Of a stretch of 64,000 bases of DNA, positions 57,270 to 64,000 are shown one piece after another (the stretch's first letter is position 1; each line of letters begins with the position of its first letter). Under the pieces are notes generated by a model that worked only from the letters and a program-made list of their open reading frames with translations, did no database searches and was not told where the DNA came from. The translations under genes were made by a program, and so were the position numbers. The stretch covers positions 352,001-416,000 of the forward strand of contig OZ241877.1 in assembly GCA_965203095.1 (NCBI GenBank). Reading direction: 5' to 3'. This DNA is from Bdellovibrionales bacterium (GTDB taxonomy: Bacteria; Bdellovibrionota; Bdellovibrionia; Bdellovibrionales; UBA1609).

Positions 57270-59258
57270 ATGAATGGAGTAAAAAAATTTCAGTTAAAAT
57301 CTCCTTTTTCTCCTAAAGGGGATCAGCCTCAAGCTATAAAGCAGTTATGCAATAATTTTAAAAACAAAATCAAAAGGCAAACCCTATTGGGTGTGACAGG
57401 TTCCGGAAAAACATTAACTATGGCTCATGTAATAAAAAATCTGAATGAACCGGCCCTGGTTTTAGCCCCTAACAAAACTTTGGCCGCCCAGTTGTTTGTA
57501 GAATTTAAAGAGCTTTTCCCAAAAAATGCTGTAGAATATTTTGTGAGCTATTATGATTACTATCAACCAGAAGCCTATATCCCCTCAACCAATACTTATA
57601 TTGAAAAGGATGCCTCCATTAACGAGCAAATTGATTTGATGAGGCATTCGGCCACAAGATCTCTTTTAGAGCAAAAAAATGTTATTATTGTTAGCAGTAT
57701 TTCCTGCATTTACGGCCTGGGTAGCCCCTTGCAATATGAGCAGTTATCCATTTCGTTGGAAAAAAACCAAAACATAGTGAGAGAGGATCTGTTGAAAAAA
57801 TTAGTGAACATTCAATACAAGAGATCAGATGCAGATTTTTACAGAGGGACTTTCCGGTGCCGAGGCGATGTGGTGGATATTTTTCCCGCTTATGAGGACA
57901 GCAGGGCTTTGCGAGTGGAGTTTTTTGGTGACTATATAGATTCTCTCAAGATTTTTGATCCTTTAACTGGAGGTTCTACAAAGGAAGTTCTGTTATCTAA
58001 AATTTATCCGGCCAGCCATTATGTCAGTGCGAAGGAAAGGGTCCGCCAGGCCATAGAGCAGATCCAGGAAGAATTAAAAAAACATCTTTTGGTTTTAGAA
58101 AAAGAAAAAAAGATAGAGGAAAGAGATCGCCTCCAACAAAGAACACTTTACGACTTGGAGATTCTTTCTGAAATGGGGACTTGCCCCGGAGTGGAAAACT
58201 ACTCTCGCCATCTGACCGGACGAAAACCGGGCCAGCCACCACCCACTTTGTTAGAGTATTTTCCAAAAAAATTTATTAGCTTTATTGATGAAAGCCATAT
58301 CAGCATCCCCCAAGCGGGTGGAATGTTCCGAGGGGACAGGAATCGAAAACTCACATTAGTGCAACATGGTTATAGGTTGCCTTCCGCTTTAGATAACCGT
58401 CCGCTCAATTTTCAAGAGTTTGAAAACAGTTGGGATAAGGTGGTTTTTGTCTCTGCCACACCGGGGGATTATGAGTTAAAAAACAGTAAAGCGGTTGTAG
58501 AGCAAATTATCCGCCCCACAGGGCTTTTAGATCCTAAAATTTTTGTTCGCCCGGCAAAGGGCCAAGTTGATGATCTTTTAGAAGAGATTAAAAAAAGAGT
58601 TGAGAGAAAAGAACGATCTCTCGTCACCACCCTTACAAAAAAAATGGCTGAAAAGCTCACAAGCTATTACCAAAACCTTAACATAAAAACAAAATATTTG
58701 CACAGTGACATAAAAACTATAGAGAGAACAGAGATTCTGGGAGATCTAAGAGCTGGTGTTTTTGATGTCCTGGTGGGGATCAATTTGTTAAGGGAGGGTT
58801 TAGATCTTCCGGAAGTCAGCCTTGTAGCGGTTTTTGACTGTGACAAAGAGGGTTTTTTGCGATCGGAGAGATCCCTCATTCAAATTATTGGCCGGTCCGC
58901 TCGAAACCTTAATGGAATTGTGATACTTTATGCAGATCGCAGGACAGAATCCATGAAAAAAGCCATTAAAGAAACCGAACGGCGAAGAAAGATCCAGCAA
59001 TCTCACAACAAGCAAAAAGGCATTCGTCCTCAGTCTGTCAAAAAGCTTTTAAGAAAAGGCCTTGCGGAAATTTACGGTTTTGCCCCACAAGAACCTGAAA
59101 TTTTAAAATCAAAATGGCCAGAGAGCAAAGTGAGAGAAAAAATCAAAAAGCTGAAAAAACAGATGCAAAAGGCCGCTAACAGTTTAGATTTTGAGCAGGC
59201 GGCCCGGCTAAGAGATCGCATTAAAGGCTTGGAGTTAAAAGAGATGGATATGTCTTAA
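57270..59258 (+). CDS. uvrB: Excinuclease ABC subunit B
   Basis: GDQP, GVTGSGKT, YYDYYQPEAY and DESH motifs; C-terminal UVR domain. Confidence 0.98.
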   Translation: MNGVKKFQLKSPFSPKGDQPQAIKQLCNNFKNKIKRQTLLGVTGSGKTLTMAHVIKNLNEPALVLAPNKTLAAQLFVEFKELFPKNAVEYFVSYYDYYQPEAYIPSTNTYIEKDASINEQIDLMRHSATRSLLEQKNVIIVSSISCIYGLGSPLQYEQLSISLEKNQNIVREDLLKKLVNIQYKRSDADFYRGTFRCRGDVVDIFPAYEDSRALRVEFFGDYIDSLKIFDPLTGGSTKEVLLSKIYPASHYVSAKERVRQAIEQIQEELKKHLLVLEKEKKIEERDRLQQRTLYDLEILSEMGTCPGVENYSRHLTGRKPGQPPPTLLEYFPKKFISFIDESHISIPQAGGMFRGDRNRKLTLVQHGYRLPSALDNRPLNFQEFENSWDKVVFVSATPGDYELKNSKAVVEQIIRPTGLLDPKIFVRPAKGQVDDLLEEIKKRVERKERSLVTTLTKKMAEKLTSYYQNLNIKTKYLHSDIKTIERTEILGDLRAGVFDVLVGINLLREGLDLPEVSLVAVFDCDKEGFLRSERSLIQIIGRSARNLNGIVILYADRRTESMKKAIKETERRRKIQQSHNKQKGIRPQSVKKLLRKGLAEIYGFAPQEPEILKSKWPESKVREKIKKLKKQMQKAANSLDFEQAARLRDRIKGLELKEMDMS

Positions 59259-59300
59259 ATTAAAGTCAGAGATTTAGGTTTTGTGGGGAATGTGGCTTTT

Positions 59301-59323
59301 CTGGATTCCCGCTTTCACGAAAT
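59301..59323 (-). repeat. Degenerate dRS3/REP-like repeat between convergent genes
   Basis: CTGGATTCCCGCTTTCACGAAAT. Confidence 0.55.
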
Positions 59324-59332
59324 TTGCAAGAG

Positions 59333-60832
59333 TCATTTCATTTGAATAGTCATGTTGGCTTGGCTCTCTTCCCCTGTCTCAAACCAACGGGCACTGATGG
59401 TTTTGGTTTCTGTCCAAAAGCGAATGGCCTGCTTGCCGTAAGCGTGCAAATCACCGTAAAAAGAGTCCTTCCATCCTGTAAAAGAGAAAAAAGGTAAGGG
59501 GACAGGTATAGGCAAATTGATGCCCACTTGACCCACTTCCACTTCGTGTTGAAATCGGCGAGCCATTCCTCCAGAATTTGTGAAAATAGAAGTCCCATTG
59601 CCATAAGGATTTTTGTTAATGAGCTGGATGGCTGAGGAAAGATTTTTTACTCGGACACATAAAAGAACAGGGCCAAAAATTTCTTCTTTATAAATGCTCA
59701 TCTCTGGAGTCACATGGTCAAAAAGTGTGGGGCCAACAAAATTCCCCTCCGGCCACTCTTTTACTCGGTAGTTTGAGCCATCCAAAAGCAAAGTCGCCCC
59801 CTCAGCCCGGCCCTCCGCTATCAAAGACAAAACCCTCTGGCGAGCCTCTTTAGATATGAGTGGGCCAAAATCCGCCCTTTTATCTCTCCAACTGCCAGGC
59901 TTTAGCTGGGCCATTTCCGCCTTTAACTCCGGAATCCAACGGCAGGAATCACCAACAAAAACCGCTACACTGATAGCCATGCACCTTTGGCCGGCAGAAC
60001 CGCAACTGGCCCCTACAAGGGCATGTATCAGCTTTTTTTTATTGGCATCCGGCAAAGCCACAAGGTGATTTTTAGCCCCAGAAAAAGCTTGTGCCCTTTT
60101 TAAATTGTGTGTGGCTTTCCTATAAACCGATCGGGCCACCTGAGCCGAACCCACAAAAGACACTGCCCGAATATCGGGGTGCTCTAAAATCTGATCCACT
60201 TGATCCCTCCCACCATGAATAACATTTAAAAGCCCTTTGGGAAAACCGCATTCTTGAAAAAGCTCAGCCAGTTTATTTGCTGTTAAAGGGTCTTGCTCAG
60301 AAGGTTTTAGAATAAAAGAATTTCCACAAGCTATAGATAGAGGGAACATCCACAAAGGGATCATTGCGGGAAAATTAAAAGGTGTAATGCCAGCACAAGG
60401 ACCTATAGGTTGAATGAGGGAATATGTGTCTATCCGGCGGGAGACATTTTCCACTGTTTCACCCATCATCAGGGAGGGGATCTGCCCAGCCAACTCCACA
60501 ACCTCAATCCCTCGCCAAACATCCCCCTTAGCATCTTCAAAAGTTTTCCCGTTGTCCTCAGATAAAATACGGGCAATATCCTCTTCATGTTTTTTTAAAA
60601 GGGCTTGATATTTTAAGAAAAAACGGGCTCTTTCCGGAACAGGCACCTCCCTCCACTCCATAAAAGCCTCCTTAGCCTTTTTTACAGCCTGATCAATTTC
60701 CCGCTTTTCAGCATAAGGAACATAAGCCAGCCGTTTATTTGTGGAAGGATCTAAAATTGCTTTTTTCTCTAAAGAACTGCTCTTCACAAATTCCCCTCCA
60801 ATAAAAAGAGGAATACTTTTTTTATTGTCCAT
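59333..60832 (-). CDS. mmsA: CoA-acylating methylmalonate-semialdehyde dehydrogenase
   Basis: [25 protein letters not shown] and [12 protein letters not shown] motifs. Confidence 0.95.
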   Translation of the reverse strand: MDNKKSIPLFIGGEFVKSSSLEKKAILDPSTNKRLAYVPYAEKREIDQAVKKAKEAFMEWREVPVPERARFFLKYQALLKKHEEDIARILSEDNGKTFEDAKGDVWRGIEVVELAGQIPSLMMGETVENVSRRIDTYSLIQPIGPCAGITPFNFPAMIPLWMFPLSIACGNSFILKPSEQDPLTANKLAELFQECGFPKGLLNVIHGGRDQVDQILEHPDIRAVSFVGSAQVARSVYRKATHNLKRAQAFSGAKNHLVALPDANKKKLIHALVGASCGSAGQRCMAISVAVFVGDSCRWIPELKAEMAQLKPGSWRDKRADFGPLISKEARQRVLSLIAEGRAEGATLLLDGSNYRVKEWPEGNFVGPTLFDHVTPEMSIYKEEIFGPVLLCVRVKNLSSAIQLINKNPYGNGTSIFTNSGGMARRFQHEVEVGQVGINLPIPVPLPFFSFTGWKDSFYGDLHAYGKQAIRFWTETKTISARWFETGEESQANMTIQMK

Positions 60833-60872
60833 TATGTTCTCCTGAAACTAAAAAACCTTTGCCAAGCCAATT

Positions 60873-61889
60873 TTAAGATCCATTAACGGATGAAGCAAAA
60901 CCTTTGAAAAATGCTCCCTCTTTATCCGATGGCCGGTATTCAAACTTGGGTTCTCCAAAATTACAATAGCTGGAGTAAATAAACAAGGGATGATCCCCCT
61001 CTTTTCTACCACTCATGCCCTCACACATAAATTTTAATTCGTTAAAAAGGCAAAATTGCTCTGTCTCATAACTATTGCATTTTAAATGATTCCCAGTGAG
61101 AAATTTATTTAATGAATTTAAGTTAATGACTCTGGTCTCTGTCTTCGTGCCTGAGTAAAGAACACCCACCACCTCATTTTTCTCATTAAATACGGGGCTC
61201 CCGCTGGCACCGGAGAAGTCATCACCTTGATACTGATCATTATCCACTTTAAAAGAGTATTTATCCACACCCTCAGCTTGCCCTATCAATTGCCTTTTAA
61301 TAATAAAATGGCCCGGATAACCTATGTTAAACAAATATTTATACCTTGTCTCTTTTTCTCGGCTAATAGACAAATAGTGCTCTACAGGCGATTCGCTCTC
61401 TAAAAAAGCCAGATCATATATGGCAGAAACTGCTGAAATATGAGCCTTCATCCCATTTATTTCCTGATTGTCCTCATGATCACTATGCAGGCTCAAGCTT
61501 AAGGAAACCGATTCAATTTCTGGACGACTATTTTTCAAGCTCTCAATAGAATCTTTGTTTAAAAAACCACTGATGACATGAAAATTAGTGATGATCTGCC
61601 GGGGGTTGACAAAAAAACCGGTGCCGTGAGAGAGTTTTTCTGTCCGAGTTCTGGTCTGTTTTTCCCTGGTGGGGGATCCCCCTTTAACGGGATAAATATA
61701 ATAACTTTCGGTAATTACTAAATTGAGTCTCACTTCCCAAACAGCTCTCTCCACAGTGTCAAAATCAGGAGCTATAGGTTTTTTTTGCTCCATAAAATTC
61801 CCTGGTGAGGAATGGCTGGCCTGATAAATCATGGGATTACGACAATGAGAAAAAACAAAAAATAAAATAAAAAACCCAAGCCATCTCAT
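60873..61889 (-). CDS. Exported trypsin-like serine protease
   Basis: GTGF, TNFHV, DLA and GASGSP triad motifs; signal or lipoprotein N-terminus. Confidence 0.88.
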   Translation of the reverse strand: MRWLGFFILFFVFSHCRNPMIYQASHSSPGNFMEQKKPIAPDFDTVERAVWEVRLNLVITESYYIYPVKGGSPTREKQTRTRTEKLSHGTGFFVNPRQIITNFHVISGFLNKDSIESLKNSRPEIESVSLSLSLHSDHEDNQEINGMKAHISAVSAIYDLAFLESESPVEHYLSISREKETRYKYLFNIGYPGHFIIKRQLIGQAEGVDKYSFKVDNDQYQGDDFSGASGSPVFNEKNEVVGVLYSGTKTETRVINLNSLNKFLTGNHLKCNSYETEQFCLFNELKFMCEGMSGRKEGDHPLFIYSSYCNFGEPKFEYRPSDKEGAFFKGFASSVNGS

Positions 61890-61931
61890 AACATTTTATC
61901 GGTCCTAATAAAAACTCTCAGATTTGCAAGT

Positions 61932-62591
61932 TTAAATTTTAAACTTTTTTCTCCATTCCTGAATTTGTCCATTACTATGAACGGCATCCTTACCTGCCGA
62001 GTCCGCCCAAGACAAAATCTCTTCGGCTTTATCCATACGATTGTGAGAAACCAAAACCTCTAAATAAGACTCCATAATGGTCACCATTAAAACATGGGGG
62101 CGACTTCGCAATATGGAATCAAAATACTGAATGGCCGATTCAATATCCCCTGTTTTGGCCAAACAGTGAGCGTAGTAATAAGCGGCTTTATAGCTCTGCC
62201 CTTTTTTTGAAAAATAAAGTCTATAAGTTTTTTTGGCCTCAGAGATTTTTTCTCTTTTAAATTGAAGTTCTCCTAACTTTTCTAAAAAAGCTATATCCTC
62301 TGTTTTTTTAAAAAGCTTCCCGTAATTTTTCTCCATACAGTCATATTTTTTTAAATCCGAACATATTTCCACTTTTTTAGAAGGACCAGCAAAAAACACG
62401 GCAAAGCCATGTGATCCCCATTGGAAGAAATGAAACAAAAAGCCTGAAACTAAGGTGAAGGCCAAAACCATACCTATAATGACTGTTTTTTGAGAGGCCT
62501 CCTCTCTTTTAGAATATGTCCAGCCACACTTACATATTAAAGTATCGCTCACTCGCTCTGTGAGGTTTCCGCATCTGGGACAATTTTTCAT
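61932..62591 (-). CDS. Zn-ribbon + TM + TPR protein
   Basis: CPRC...CKC, one TM helix, TPR helices. Confidence 0.75.
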   Translation of the reverse strand: MKNCPRCGNLTERVSDTLICKCGWTYSKREEASQKTVIIGMVLAFTLVSGFLFHFFQWGSHGFAVFFAGPSKKVEICSDLKKYDCMEKNYGKLFKKTEDIAFLEKLGELQFKREKISEAKKTYRLYFSKKGQSYKAAYYYAHCLAKTGDIESAIQYFDSILRSRPHVLMVTIMESYLEVLVSHNRMDKAEEILSWADSAGKDAVHSNGQIQEWRKKFKI

Positions 62592-62818
62592 AAATCACTC
62601 CTTGATTTTTTTTATTTGCCTATGACTTATAAATCGGAAATTTAATTTCAGACCTTTAATAAAAATTGCCAGTTTTTTATGAAAAAGCTAAAAAAAATGT
62701 GTGAGAAGGGCAAAAAATAATTTTTCCTGCCTCCGGCCCCACTTTGTGAGAGAATATAGTCCTTCCCACTAAACCAGTCCCTCGTAAAAAAACCTGCCCA
62801 AAAGTCCAGAAAAAGCTT

Positions 62819-64000
62819 TTATAGGTATTCCGTCCCCATATATTTGAGCAGGGCTGGAGGTGTTCTCACTTTGCCCTGGGCCTCCCGGTGATTTTCCAAA
62901 ATAGCGGCCAAAACTCTGGGGGTGGCCAGGCCCGACCCGTTCAATGTATGAGGATAAACAATATGTTTCCCCTCCCGATAGCGAATTTGGGATCGCCGGC
63001 TCTGATAATCTGTAAAAAGCCCCACTGAAGAGGCTTCCAACCAGGTTTTTGTCCCTGGAGAATAGAGTTCAATATCATAAGTTCTGGCAGAGCTAAAAGT
63101 CATATCCCCTGCACAAAGATCCATCACCCTGAAGGGGAGTTTTAAAAGGCGAATGGGCTTTAAGGCATCTTCTAAAAGGCTTTTCAGTTCCTGCTTTGCA
63201 GAGGAGGCTTTGCAAATTTTAACCAACTCCACTTTGTGAAACTCATGTAGCCTTTGTAAACCCCGGCTGGCCCCACCAGCGGCCCCGGCCTCCCTTCTAA
63301 AACAGGGGGTATAGGCCATATATTTTAAAGGAAGGAGTTTTTCGTCTAAAATTTCCTGCCGGTGCAGGGCTGTCAAGGGGGCCTCCCCCGTGGGGATGGC
63401 CCAAAGGTCATCTTTTTCCATGTGATAAGCCTCTTCAGCAAACTTAGGTAGTTGGCCTGTGCCCCTGAGGCTTTCTGAATTGACTAATGAGGGGACGATA
63501 AACTCTGTGTAATCTTTCTCAAAAAGGTCTATGGCAAAAGCAATTAAGGCACGAAGGAGCTTAGCCCCAGAACCTTTTAAAACAGCAAACATAGAGCCGG
63601 AGATCTTGCCCGCCCTTTTTTGATCAAAAATGCCCAATTCCTCCATGATTTCCCAATGAGGCAAAAAACTCTTTTCTGATGAAAAAACTTGCGGATCAAA
63701 ATTCTCCCTTAAAATCTCCACATTTTGTTGAGGAGAACTTCCCTCAGGAGCTTTTTCATCCGGAAAATTGGGAATGTTTAAAAGAAGGGCCTCCAGCTCT
63801 ACTTTGAACTGGGAGAGCCGGGCGGAAGCCTTTTCTAAACGGCTTTTTAACTGAAGGACCTGATTTCGAGCCTGTTGGGCCTGAGCTGTTTCCTTTTTGG
63901 CCATAAAACCGGCAATTTCGCGAGAGATTTTGTTTTTTTGACTTCGGATCTGCTCTGTCTCCACTATGCTTTGATTCCTCTTTAAAAGCAGGTCACGAAT
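62819..64000 (-). CDS. serS: Serine-tRNA ligase (5' end outside the window)
   Basis: GTGQLPKF, FRREAG, R.HEF.KVE and HTLNGSGLA motifs. Confidence 0.96.
   Translation of the reverse strand: MRDLLLKRNQSIVETEQIRSQKNKISREIAGFMAKKETAQAQQARNQVLQLKSRLEKASARLSQFKVELEALLLNIPNFPDEKAPEGSSPQQNVEILRENFDPQVFSSEKSFLPHWEIMEELGIFDQKRAGKISGSMFAVLKGSGAKLLRALIAFAIDLFEKDYTEFIVPSLVNSESLRGTGQLPKFAEEAYHMEKDDLWAIPTGEAPLTALHRQEILDEKLLPLKYMAYTPCFRREAGAAGGASRGLQRLHEFHKVELVKICKASSAKQELKSLLEDALKPIRLLKLPFRVMDLCAGDMTFSSARTYDIELYSPGTKTWLEASSVGLFTDYQSRRSQIRYREGKHIVYPHTLNGSGLATPRVLAAILENHREAQGKVRTPPALLKYMGTEYL

Overview
AT-rich bacterial chromosomal window. Gene content (TldD/PmbA, Flp-type pilin, gld-type ABC operon, YfgM-BamB, stand-alone mtEFG1-like EF-G) suggests a Bdellovibrionota or former delta-proteobacterial genome; this is an inference. 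Housekeeping blocks (purA-pyrG-omp85-folD-pmbA-tldD at 10.6-19.4 kb; ferredoxin to serS at 36.2-64 kb) surround two defence-type accessory regions. Region 1 (1-10.6 kb) holds a type III-like Mod MTase with an ABC/AAA ATPase, an MT-A70 MTase with a truncated MunI-like REase, a HEAT-repeat-fused MTase with a CfrBI-like REase, an orphan MTase, IS1595 and IS3 remnants and a MITE. Region 2 (19.6-36.2 kb) holds a wHTH plus pPIWI-associated nuclease-like pair, two GIY-YIG-RAMA paralogues, a decayed BglII-like RM pair, an Eco57I-like MTase with a PLD-SNF2 helicase, and a family of small EPWPT proteins. The most unusual signal is non-coding. From 22.1 to 36.2 kb the genes form co-oriented cassettes, each headed by one of two repeated modules: a sigma28-like promoter (3 copies) or a sigma70-like promoter plus conserved hairpin leader (3 copies). 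No integrase is present in the window. No rRNA, tRNA or CRISPR array was recognised. All family assignments come from motif recognition by eye, not from database searches.
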